A DNA stretch of 62,000 nucleotides, from the NCBI RefSeq assembly GCF_964275005.1, contig NC_092704.1, positions 32,922,001-32,984,000 of the forward strand, given 5' to 3'. This document shows, piece after piece, positions 1 through 12,900 of the stretch. Positions within the stretch are counted from its first letter, which is position 1. Each line of letters opens with the position of its first letter. The notes under the pieces were generated by a model. That model saw only the letters and a program-made list of their open reading frames with translations, ran no database searches and had not been told where the DNA came from. Position numbers and translations under genes: made by a program. This stretch comes from Diadema setosum (taxonomy: Eukaryota).

Positions 1-209
1 TTCTGGTGGTCTATACATCTTTTTGCGTACCGGTAACTGGTTTAACATGCTGACCGTCAAGAACTTGCGTCGACTCATGAAAGTGAAAAATAAAGTAAGA
101 TGCTTATAGTTAATTCCACTCGACTGCTTTTATCTGTCCATTTAAAAGGCAGAGTGCTACATATTCAATTCCCAAAGTTATAATCCTAAAGTCAACATTT
201 TGCCTTTAC

Positions 210-425
210 CTCGACATGACGGTAGAGGCCTGTCCCAGTCGACGTAGCCCGGGGAAGTGGGAATCTGGACACATTTTCGTGTGTACCGTTGGTTGCTCGC
301 ACCACCTACCAGCTCGTAGCCTTCGTAACAGCCGTAGATACATTCGGTCCCGTAGGGTACTCCGTATGTCGTGGAGCAGGTGTGGTAGCCGTTAGAGGGT
401 GGCTTGTGGGCATCACATGTGTCAA
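210..425 (-). CDS. Gene A sushi/CCP exon
   Basis: ttaatcag|; DTCDAHKPPSNGYHTCSTTYGVPYGTECIYGCYEGYELVGGASNQRYTRKCVQIPTSPGYVDWDRPLPSCR; G|gtaaag; 216 nt, phase 1-1. Confidence 0.92.
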
Positions 426-3400
426 CTGATTAATGGGAGAAAATAGGTTGTAATTTACATTCTGAGGAATTGCTGTTCCTTAATGGATGTTGGTGTTGAT
501 GATTGTGCATCACATTTGTGATAAGGGTTCCTAATTCTTGGTGATTCTATGTTTACTATATTAGATTACCTTCAATGCTATTTACAATAGTACTATTCTA
601 ATGGTAAAAAAAAAAAAAAATTACTGTCCACTTTTCAGGTAACTACACTGTAAAAACATCGGTGTTAGATTTAATACCATGGGTGTTAAATTTAACACCG
701 ATCAAGCTTCAATAGAGGACCACACCCACAGGTGTAGAAATTATATTGTGACGGTGTTAAAAAGTGTTCACCTGGCACTTCGTGGTGTTAATTTGACACT
801 GTGCCTTGTGATATTTTTGACACTGCGCTGGAGTAAATTCATTAATGACACCGCATGGTGTTGATTTGATATTGGTGGTGTTAATTTCAATGGTATAACA
901 CCCGTCCAGCTTCAATAAGAGACCACACCAACTGGTGTTACTGTGGTGTAAATGTGTTTACACATTTTTCCAAAAATCAAGTACTTTATCGGAAAATTCT
1001 TCATCGTCTTGTTAAAGTTCAGAATTAACAAGAATTTCAGTAACTAAGAAACTATATAAATATATATATATATATATATGTATATATTTTTTTTTTCTTT
1101 TTGAAATGACAACCGGAGGTGTTAATCTAACACCATGAACACTGGAAATTTAACACCAGCTCGGTGTTTCATATTTAACACCAGACTTTTTGCAGTGTAT
1201 AAAATCTATGATACTCGCACATCTTACTTCTCTGTGGCTACCTCTTTCTTTGATTAGCAATTCGCTAGACCAACACCATACCAGGTGACGTAGTCATGGT
1301 AGTGTATTTATGAATGTAGGTGTTCGAATCACGGTATATTTTTGGTAATTTGTATTCTGATCATATGTATTCTGACGGACAGTTTGTGTTCTTCTGTCCA
1401 AGTGCTAACTCTCTGTACAACCGAAGACAGTCACAAGCAAAACTTGCTCAAAAATTAACTTCGATGAGTTTTGTCGAGGTTATCGCTGCTAATGTTGCAA
1501 AATGTAAATCATGCCTAGAGAAAAAGCAGTGCTTACTTATGACGTCAATGTCCACTCTACAGACGGCTGTGTTTGGAGCAGGGGCGCAGTCTCTGGCCGT
1601 GTACGTAAACTGCCGCTTCCCATGGCCGACGTGACTTGGAAGATATGGACTGTAATAACAAGGTAACAGTTGGTATACACATAAACTATCAGTACCTCAC
1701 TATCAAGTAGTTAAGGCGCATTGAACGAATTTTATTTCAACATATCTATTGCCCATAACACATAATCAGACAAAGACCTTGCTAATACACGTGCACAAGT
1801 CCTATGATTATGTATAGGTCTCTATGATTATATGACTATAATCCAATATATGTGACCCTGCATCAAAAAACAACAACAAAAAGTCACCAAACATGGATTT
1901 TTAGCTAGGGGCAGATTCTGAAAGAGCAGACTCTAAGCTTTAAAATGATGTATAACTCAGCTCAAAATGATGGGCACTCGTAAGCTAACCAAATATTGGA
2001 AAGAAAGGACGAAAAAAGTGTGAATTTCTTAACTGAGAAAGGAGGTTCTGAAATGCAGGGTCTATTCAAGCGCTTAATCTTTACCAAGCCGTGCTACCTG
2101 TGCAATGAATGTGACAAAAACAGGATGAATACCAGCAACAACAATGAAGCGATTATCAGATTAAGCTGAAATTGAGCTTGCTTCCGTGACACTCTTTGTC
2201 TATGATTACTGCCAACTTTCAAAGCAGTAGCATCATCTTTTCGTCAGTTATTGGAGTTGAAAGTTAAGAGTGTGCAAGTTTTTTTTTTTTTTTTTTTTTT
2301 TTAAGAAATGAAAAGGGGACTCTAGTAAAGACACACCTTATCACATTGCTCTACAAAAAGAGTTCTCAGGAAAAACTGCTAAAGACACAATTTCCTGTCT
2401 GTGTCACGATCCCAAACCTTAGCACAAAAATGAAGACGAAAATATGAAAAAAATCAAAACTAGCTAGGTTGATTCAATTTACCTATTTTCAGTCCTCACA
2501 CAAAATCAACGCGTGCGACTTTTTGTTCGTTTTGTGATGCACGGTCACCCATGAATGACACGTATAGGGCTTGAAACTAACCTTGCTTTTGGTCACTTAC
2601 CCTTCCACCAAAACAATGAGAACAGTGACATTTTGAAATTGGTGATAAAAAAAAGAAAACAAATCGTTTAATAAACCACCAAATTTATAAAATAAGGGAT
2701 AATAATCATACACTGTATGAGATCAGATAAAGACAAAGGGCTTGAAATATCACGTACAGTGACTAGTTGACTAGTAATATGACATAAATATGACATTAAT
2801 TTTTAGGCATAGGCACGTTTTTCCAAGAGAGCAAATACCGGTACTCACGAAATCATCATAAGATTCACGGCGTGTAGGTATTCCTTCTTATATCATTAGA
2901 AAAATAAAATTCAAATGTGCAATTTGAGATTGATCCGATTTGGCCGATTTTGCCTTAAAGTAGACTGAAGTTGATCACTGGCGTCGATCCGGCTATCCTG
3001 ATAGAGGTAGCTTCATGGTGTGCGTGCAGTACCGGTATCAGACATTGGGCCACTTAGATGAGAAAAAACGCTGTCAAAAAAAAAAAAAAAAAAAAAAAAA
3101 AAACTATACACACTTACCTTTTGTTGATACCCAATTCGACCCACCAAAACACATAATTTCTTCAATGGTGGTCCTACTTGTTTTTATGGCGTCTGGTCCA
3201 CTGTTGGTCCACAGGTCTTAAATATCATTTCATGAAACTATTATACAGCTCCGTGCGTTGTATTTCCATGCCTATCATCGGGCCACTGGCAGTATAAGAA
3301 AACAGTCAAATGCTACTTTCCTTTTTATCTGACCTTTTTTGACATTTGCAGAAAAGTTAATTCGTAAGGGATCATTTTTTTTTTTAAATATACATTCAAA

Positions 3401-6400
3401 AGCATAAGAGACAGTCAGTCTTACTCATAGTGTTTGACAGAGCAGCCGCCCTCGCTGGCCTTGGGATCCTTCCAGAATCTAGCAATAGGTTCTACGGCCC
3501 GCTTGGTTCCTTCTTGATATCGGTTTTGTCCGCTGTTGCACGACGTGTGTGGGGAATTCCATTTTGGCGGTGTCGTGTCTACACCATGTCAAGTTGAAAG
3601 AGGAAAATTGAAACAACTCAACATGAAAAACAACAGATGGATTTTGACACCTAATACCGTTGTCTTCACTGATAGAAAATATCTAATAACCATCACGAAA
3701 TATTCAGAGTACTTTCTACACAAATTTCTGATTAGTATTTACTTCCTGTATTTGCATCCATCATGCCACTGAAAAAACAAATGTTTAAACAATGTTAGAT
3801 GAGTTAAATCCACAGAAAAGAAACAATTTCGAGCTAAAAATATAAGATTACAGTAAAAAGGTCGACCACTGTACACATGCATGCTCCGTGGGCAAATAAT
3901 ATCACTACTGGATCTCTCTCTCATGTAACTATGACTAAAATGATTAAACATTTTTGTCTGCAAAGGTTGTTGTGGACACACCTTGCACGAATTCAATTGG
4001 AATATTATTTTTGTGACTTTGAATAGCATCATCGCAATAAATACCATAGTGAACGCTTTGTGATGGGTTAGATAAACATTGTTTTTTTTTCTTTAAAAAT
4101 CTTATTTGTAACCTCAATGAGGGTAAGAAATAGTTAATAGGTAAGAAGACTGATGACCCATTACTCAAACCATTGATCAACCTCAAATGCAATACGACTT
4201 TGAAGTAAAAGATAAAAAAGACAGTTATAAATACTAACAATGCTCTTACATTACATTTTATTTATGAGCAATACGAAAACAGGGACAAACATGACGTTGA
4301 ACGATCTTTACGTACAACTTACCAGGTGGTGGCGGGGGCGGGCTCGACCTTTTCTTGCCGCAACAATCTGGACAAAATACAGCATGCGAACAGTTTAATT
4401 ATTATCCCTACTTGAAAGTTTTCCGATTTAAAAGTCTGTCGTAGCGTGGGATATCAGCTTTAGAAAGTATCAGGCATTAAAAGTCTTTTGTGCCAGGGAC
4501 TTTGGACATTGTATAAAATGCTATTCGGTTTTCTGTGTCAATCGCGATTCAAAGTACACATTATTATTCCTATTATTCTTAGTCTTGTTTTTCTTCTCCT
4601 TATTATTATTATCAATATTATTATTATTGTCAATATTATCATTGTTATTATTATTGATATTATCATCATTATTATAGGGAATTATATCTATATATTTTCT
4701 ATTGCTGATCCACTTTCTCATATTTTTGATAAATCCATATTACATGGTGTTTTTCCTGATTGTATGAAAATTGCTAAGGTGTGTCCTTTATTCAAAAAAA
4801 AAGGAGACAGTTTTGATATAAGTAATTATAGACCTATTTCTCTACTTTCATCCCTATCTAAGGTTTTGCAAAAATTGATATTTACAAGAACGAATAAATT
4901 TCTTAATTATTATAATGTTTTTACGAATTCTCAATTTGGGTTTCGTCAGAAACACAGCACCATTCATGCTCTTTTGAAGTTTATTGATAACGCCGCACAT
5001 ACTATAGATGACCATTCCCATCTTGTTAGTATCTTCCTGGACTTCTCCAAGGCCTTCGATATAATTAATCACGAAATTTTACTTCATAAATTGTCTCATT
5101 ATGGTATACGAGGGAAGGCCTTGGAGTGGTTCAAGAGTTACCTGCAAAACCGACAACAATATGTATCTTTGAACGAGCACAGCTCTAAATGTGGCGTCCC
5201 TCAGGGTAGTATATTAGCACCTTTACTTTTCATCATTGGTTGATTTTTGTAGATCATCCGACATACTTTCTTTTATACTTTTTACCAATGATTCAAATAT
5301 TTTCTTCTCCCACCAAAATCCAATCACTCTTGTCCATACTGATAATTCTGCCCCCCAAGGAAAAACGCAGTATCTAACATTTTTGGCGATTTTCACTTTT
5401 TTGCATAAATATAGTCAGTGGGCAATCCTTCTTCATATGACATATTCAGATTTTTGAAAAAATGTTTAGAAAGCCACTTTTCCGTAACTGCCAAACGCAG
5501 TATCTACACTCAACTTGCACTTTCCCCAAGGAAAAACGCAGTATCTACATGATGAATATTTCCCCAAGGAAAAACGTAGTATCTACAAAGCTAGTCTTAA
5601 TTACCAGACACTGTTATTTATATATGTGAATACTTTGCCGGTTGTTCTGTAATTTGAACGTAAATTACTTTCTTTAGATATACTTGCTCAATAATAAGAC
5701 ATAATGTTCAAAATATCTAACCGAAACAATACTGATTAGTAAATATTTTGATGAGATCGTGATCCTAATATAAAACACAGTGTGTGATTAAGACTAACCG
5801 AGTGCACATTAAACAATACAACACAACACTGACAGCTTGCAGCTAGCTGCACTGCCAGACTGATGCTGTGCAGCAGTCAGCACAGGGCCCGGCTAGTCAG
5901 CATACAGTGGGAGTGTGTACTTGGAATAAAACAAAATGTTGTCGTGGGGAAGGTGAGCCTAGCCCTCAAGAAAAATTTATCTGCAGATAATGAGTAAGTT
6001 ATTCAAAACTATTTCAATATTGAAAGAATAAAGCTGATTGTTTGTCACACGAAGCGAAGTAAACACAAATGCATGTTTGTCACACAAAGCGAGGTAAACA
6101 CAAATGCATACATTTGTGTTTACTTCGCTTCGTGTGATAAACGATCCGCTTTATTCTTTCATATTCTACCTCAATGATGAACATTATCCGTACTACAACT
6201 TGTTGTGAAGTAACTTTGTTAGACCTAGACCCTTGTCAAAATTCCTCAGGCTCCGAATCCGAAAGTTTCTTCGAAAGGCAATAGATCTATTTGTGTTGTA
6301 TCGGATAAACGTCAGGTTATGTAACATGTTACACCCTCCCTTAGGTCTAAGTCTAAGTCTTTTAGACTTGTCTAGACAGTAGGCTATGCCTAACGTTTGA

Positions 6401-9400
6401 GTCTTGCGTCTCTTTTCTAATGTTAGACTTAACGTTAATCAGAACTTTCAGGGTCCGTATTCCGAAAGTCTAAAGAAAGATCTAGTGTAGGACTTGAATA
6501 GGCCTACTCTAGGGCAGGCCTGTAGTAAGAAGTCTAAAACTTAACCACTTTTTAGAATCCTAAGTCTAGTGAAGTGTCAATGTTCAATTATCTACTCCAT
6601 ACCATACTTATGTCTTAAAATTACAGAGTTGACAATACTATAGATTAGGGTCCATGGGAAAAATAGGTACCCACGGTAAATGGACGAAATAGAGAAAGTT
6701 AAGAATAAGTTGTATTTTAATTCTTATCGGATCTAGACAGTGTCTAGACCCTAACTGGTTAGTGAGACTGGGTTGCGTAAAATGCATGCATGATCCCATG
6801 CTGCATGCTACATAACTTACAACGAATACAAGTAAAAAAAGTTACATTACAAATTTACATGACGTTAAACTTAGGTTCAATCCAGAAGGAATAGGCCTAG
6901 AGAGCGGATGTCACTTCATTCTAGACCGGTTCTAGATGTATTTTTTTTTTCTAATCAAAGAGTCCTGGCTCGTGTAGGGCTTAAACCTTCTGCAGTTCTA
7001 ACGTTAGGCTATTTTTTTTTTTTTTCTGTGAGCATCGTGCATGTAACTATAGCCTGAGGCGGTAGACTCGTGTAGCCTGCTACGTAGCCAGCCTAGAATA
7101 AACGATATAAAAACTAGACCTAGTCTAGATCGATCTAGGTCCAGACATCCGATTTAGATTTATTTTGGTCTAGACAGACTGTAACCTAGACTGTACAGAT
7201 CTAGATCTAGTATTATAGATGCTAGTTAGCGGCTAGGCCATGTAGCATCACATTACAGCCCTGGCAAGCTTCATATTAAACACGTATCGACGTAACGTTA
7301 GGCCTACAGCAAGATCGGTCTGGGATACACTTTTAAGCAAAACGTTCCAAGAACGATCTGTTATTTAATAATCTTATGAAGCCTACTCTGTAATCAGGGC
7401 ATAAATGGGGGGGGGGGGGGGGGGATGGAGGATGCATCCCCCAGGGCCAGAGAATACTTGAACAATGATGTATACATGCATACATAATTATGGCAGAAGA
7501 TTAATCCAAGTCATTCCGCTGTAGATACTGCGTTTTTCCTTGGGGAAATTCGTTCCATTGTAGATACTGCGTTTTTCCTTGGGGAAATCAGTCAATTGCG
7601 TGGGGTTTCCCCAAAGTATCTACATTTTCATCAATAACTGAAAAACAAAACAAAAACACAAAATGATATTTTCCAGGAAAATTGGTAGCTAGATAGACTA
7701 AAATTCCACAATGAAGGAATTTTTCAAAAGAGTATATTTTCCAGGGGCTTTGGCAAAAAGATAAAATGGTGAATATCTCGGTTGTTTAGAAATGGAGCTG
7801 GATGTAGATACTGCGTTTTTCCTTGGGGGGGCAGAATTCTGAATTAAAAGAAGTGACTCAATGGATAAAAGCCAATAAATTATTACTGAATCTTCAGAAA
7901 ACAAACTATACAATGTTATTCAGTAAGTCTATAGAAGTTTTACGCACAGATATCATCGTTGATGACGCTCACTTAGAGCGTGTATCTCATACAAAGTTTC
8001 TCGGTATTACAGTGGACGATAAAGTTTCGTGGAAGCCTCATATTATTAATATTAGTAAAATTATTTCGCGTAATATTGGTATTATTAACTCTTTATGTGC
8101 CACGTTCATACGTCCGGCTCAGTCGACGGCGTGCCAACTTCGCATATTCTGCTCAACAAACAAAGCCGCCAAAACCGATCGATAAATCGCTAATCCCGCG
8201 GTACAATCAAAGCGTTTCTCGCGCTTTTGTTCCTCTCACATACGGCTTGCATTCTATGTGGTGATTGACTCTCAAGCGGTGTTCCCAACTAGATTTGCGT
8301 GTCCATTCTAAGTTTCGTCACTATCTTATGTGCAAAAGTCATGCCTTAACAGTAATGTAGCAATTGGTAATTCAAAAGAATAATTGAAAATAGATTTGCG
8401 ATACATTGTAAATGGAAACAAAGTTTGGCATTCCTCTTTAACTTTGCTCAATAGAATGTCCAGCTTAACAGAAATTCGTAGAAGTTATACAAATTGGAAA
8501 AACAGGATTCTTTCTCAAAGCATGACTACCTTCGTGTCTCAGAATAACGTAGCACACAGGGGGTTTCCACCATGGCACATAAAGAGTTAATAGACTTAAA
8601 TCTCATATCCCGTTGTCTTCTTTGCTGACGTTGTATTTTTCATTAATATTACCTTATTTGAATTATGGAATCTTAGCATTCGGTAGTGCCCATTAAAATT
8701 TATTACATAGATTATTGTTATTACAAAAAAGGCACTTCCTATTATTTGTGGCGTTTCTCCACGTTCCCATGCAGATCCATTTTGTTAGATATAAGATTTT
8801 AAAAATCAAAGATTTGTTTTTCTTTCAGCTGGGTCAGTTTATGTTTAATTACAACACAAATGCACTTCCCAGCATTTTTGATTCAATGTTTCCACGAAAT
8901 CAATCTTTTCATAATTATTTCACCAGGCGATCAAATGAGTTTCATTTAACCCTTCTGAGAACGTTATTGGCTCAAAATGCATTTATATACACTGGCCCTA
9001 GATTTTGGAATTCTTTAAGTTGTGATATAAAAAACTCTTTATCTTTGAATTTGTTTAAGCGTAAGTTAATTTTTTTTGAACTCATATTAAGATATATACG
9101 ATTCATTACTTAGCTGGTCTTTACAGCCTAAGGGTTCATCGTCAATCATTGATTTCATCATTGTGTATTTTTTACATTATCTTATTTGTATAAACTTTGC
9201 TCGGCTGATCGAGCTGAAACACCTCAATTCCCTCTTCTAATCCCGATGTTTTTTCCCTCTTTCTTTTCCTCCTTTCTTTCCATTATTCTTCTGTGTTTTT
9301 TTACTGTCATGGTGTACCCTACTGTAAAGTCATGTAATGTCGTTGTGTTTCTACTGTCTTGTTCTGTCCTGTCTTGTTCACTCCTGTCTTTGTAAAAAAA

Positions 9401-9720
9401 AAAAAAAGTTTAATGTATTCACAAGAATCCTTTGAGTGGTTCACAATTTACTAGCATGCTTTTCAGTGAACCTCTCAGTTCTTTCTTGTTTTTTCCCCTC
9501 CAAACATAACTTCGTATTTTGCCGGTATGCATGTATAATTTCATATTTGTTAACCATTATCTATCATGTAAAGTCTAATATATGCCTATGTTATGTCTTC
9601 TGATTCATTTCGTGTTATGTTTGACGAAAAAGAAAGTAGGAATGAAATAAATGAAATGAAATGAATTTGTTATCATTATTATTATTATCATTATTATTAT
9701 TATTACTATTATTATAAGTA

Positions 9721-9751
<31 letters not shown>

Positions 9752-9789
9752 CATTATTATCATCATCTTCGTTATTATTATTATAAGTA

Positions 9790-9829
<40 letters not shown>

Positions 9830-9867
9830 CATTATTATCATCATCTTCGTTATTATTATTATAAGTA

Positions 9868-9910
<43 letters not shown>

Positions 9911-12900
9911 CATTATTATCATCATCTTCGTTATCATTACTATCTATTCAGCAAAATGAAAATGATAATAACAGTTAAATAATGTATATTCACATTAGAA
10001 TGGCACAATTTCCAAATAATACAATACTACGAACAGGGAAGCAAGATATTGGGGTAGGGTCCACGAAAGTAATTGTTTTTTCTGATGCCTCAGCCAAGTG
10101 AACCCTCATGCAATGCATTCCCCTACATATACAATGAGCGTTAAAAAAAGAAACACTGTTATCAAAACGGACTAAGAATACAATTATCAAACTAAAACTA
10201 GAAATTGGTGCTCGGCGGGTCGCGCAGCCGAGCACATGTATCCCCCGAACCCACAGCATCATACATCATCACAATATATAGCGCTCACACAGAAATACAA
10301 TGCAGTTATCATGGCAACAATGATCCTGTCCACATTTTGCCTCTGGGTACTAAATTTGATGACAATAATATGATGCAGCGGTGTAACTCTGCAGAATCTA
10401 AAGTATCCTCTGGTAGTACCTGTGAGGGAATACAATTATAGAGTAATCTGGATGCACTGTAAACCTAACCCTCTTCCAATCTGCGAATTGGATGAATTTG
10501 GGATAAAAATGTATAATATGGCAATAGGTGAAAACAGGTATCAATGCAGACATTTTTTTTTTTTTTGGGGGGGGGGGGGTTGTTTCCACTTCTGATATCT
10601 TATTGTTTTGTTAACTGACAAAGCGGGTTCCATGACAAATGCTGTGATGACAAATGCTCCGGCAAGGAATAAAAGTGTTGAAGCGCACATAAAGCTTAAC
10701 GCTTACCCTAATCCAAATCTTTAGTCTGCCTTGAACCTAACACCCAATCATACCCATGAGACTAACTCTGTCTCTAGAGAGGTATCAATGCAGGAGCAAT
10801 TGTCGCCAGAGCATATGCCATGTCATCGACAAAGTATGGAAGTGTACCTTGTGCTACTGAAGTGGTGTAGCAGTTATTGTCAATAGGGGCATTGCCTCAA
10901 GAGCAGCAGTGACTTTGGGTTCACAGTAAAGATCGTCTTCTGTGTAGTCAGTGATGTACAGGCCTTCTAAACTTCGGACACATGTACAATAAAGGACCTT
11001 CATGCCAAATTTGAAGATGATCATGGAAGAAATGCAGCCGGTAGAGCGCTCACAAGACAATCTCTGCTATTTCCACAAAAAATTCTTGTTTCCATGACAA
11101 CGATGTCTCCGCCAAAACCAAAAACAATAGGCAGCCTTGCTTTACCATAATGGACCTTCATGCCAAATTTGAAGATGATTGGAGAATAAATGCAGCCAGT
11201 AGAGCACTCTCAAGGAAATCTCTGCTATTTCCACCAAAATTCTTGTTACCATGGCAACAATGTCTCTGCCCACACAAAAAACAATAGGCAGCTTCGCTTT
11301 ACCATAATGGACCTTCATGCCAATTTGAAGATGATCTCAGAAGAACTGCAGCCAGTAGAGCGCTCACAAGCAGACCCTATTGAATTAACCTTTTCATGTA
11401 CATAAAGACGGAACAAGCGAGGGCGCCATCACCAAAAACAATAGGCCTCTTCATCTTACCATAATACACCTTCATGCCAAATCTGAAGATGATCGAAGAA
11501 GAACTGCAGCCAGTAGAGCGCTCACAAGCAGACCCTATTGAATTTACCTTTTTACATATAGACAGAACAAGCGAGGGCGCCATCACCAAAAACAAAAGGC
11601 GTCTTCGTCTATTCATAATACACCTTCATGCCAAATTTGAAGATTATCGAAGAACTGCAGCCAGTAGAGCGCTGACAAGCAGACTCTAAAGACGGAACAA
11701 GCGAGGGTGCCATCACCAAAAACAATAGGCGTCTTCGTCTAACCATAATACACCTTCATCGCCGTGCTCCGCCAAAGACCGTGTTCACATCGTACACAAA
11801 CCCTGGTCATCCGTCACTGATCCGCCATGAACCACGAGAACCGCGGGAACCGCCAGAAAAAAAAAAAAAAAAATGAAACATGCTTAATTTTTAGTGGTGG
11901 TCTTGGCGGTTTGGAATGGACCGTGTTCAAAACGCCGTCCACCGTGTAAAGAACGGCTCCTCCGTGTTTGCACCGCAAGATCCGTGATAATACCGTGTCA
12001 ACACCGCCATAACTTTTCATGCAAAAACAAAAAATGAACTTAAAAGAGAATAATGCTTCCGGCGACACTTCGTGGCGGAGCAATAAAAATGGGGGAAAAA
12101 CAGATGATCCTATAATACTAGATCGGGTAATTATTGCATTAAATGCAAAAGTTTCATTAATGTTTTATTTTAACACATAGTAGAACAGAAAATTTGATAT
12201 CGAAAAGGTGGTAGGTTTGTTGAATAGTACATCAGCTTCTTTAAAAGGCGCGTGCATAATTTTGTTAAAGCTTGATAGCTTAAAAGATGGCCAACTACGT
12301 GAACCTGTAAATTATACACAGAAGACTTATATAAATATGTTGGGTTCTGCTTTCGTGATTATGTATGCCTTTTTTTTTTTTTTTTTGTAAGAGTACACGT
12401 TAAAACAGACATGTTGAAACTTAAGACAGTAGAGGGAAAAGCGATGTTGAAACTTGAAAACAAAACAAAACCCATCATTATGTTACGTGAACCTGTAAAT
12501 AAACAAGAAATTATGTAGATATAGTATATTCTTCTTTAATATGTATGTCTTTTAATTGATTCTTGTTAGAGATATGTTAAAACTTAATCAAGAAAGGGGA
12601 AAAAAGAGATGTTAAAACAAGCAAGTACTTTTACATCACTTGATATAATTATATAAACCTGCAATAAAACAGTGAATTTTTATACTATGTTGCATTCTGC
12701 TTTAACATGTATGTCTTTTTAATAACAGTTAATACAGATATTTAAAAGGTTAAATGAGAGAGAAAAAAAAACATGTTGAAACTTGAAGACAATAGCTTAT
12801 TGCATCACGTATGTCAATCTGTAAATACACAGGGTGTTACAACGTTTCGCAGTTTCTTTTGAAATTCTGTTTTTGTACCTAACAGAGTAATACCTCCTTG

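Larger units (their letters stand above)
4701..9665 (+). mobile_element. 5'-truncated, dead CR1-group (L2/Crack/Daphne-like) LINE interrupted by two DNA transposons
   Basis: RT motifs NYRPISLL, QFGFR, FLDFSKAFD, GVPQGS and a degenerate FTND (for FADD) at 4701-5347; reading resumes at 7839-8088 (KFLGITVD) and 8591-9113; frameshifts and stops present; 3'UTR ends in AATAAATGAAATGAAATGAA. Confidence 0.9.
10196..11760 (-). mobile_element. Helentron-type non-autonomous element (HINE/DINE-1-like) with a ~157-bp internal tandem array
   Basis: Minus-strand 3' end: subTIR-like CGGGGGATAC, hairpin GTGCTCGGC/GCCGAGCAC (10208-10235), then ATTTCTAGTT; repeat units at 10997, 11155, 11312, 11469, 11623. Confidence 0.7.

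Noticed and set aside
2601..2645. Strong donor (GG|gtaagt) preceded by NVTVLIVLVEG
   Set aside because: No AG acceptor follows the pyrimidine tract, and the HYR is complete without it
3118..3216. Minus-strand exon-like segment (taag|...AAG|gtaagt), open as phase 1-1
   Set aside because: It lies in a phase-2 intron between the two HYR halves, has a stop in phase 2, and shows no domain resemblance
4488..4700. Hydrophobic Ile-rich N-terminus of the 251-aa ORF, suggesting a membrane-anchored reverse transcriptase
   Set aside because: It is the translation of an (ATT)n microsatellite that happens to be in frame with a truncated dead LINE
8384..8590. Identical 68-aa ORF here and at 21099-21305
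   Set aside because: The identity is explained by two young MITE copies; it has a non-ATG start and no transposase motif
9605..9937. 110-aa poly-Ile ORF
   Set aside because: Microsatellite translation
10993..11760. Regularly spaced repeats resembling a CRISPR array (also 30407-31610)
   Set aside because: Whole ~160-bp units repeat with no unique spacers, there are no cas genes, and the context is eukaryotic TE
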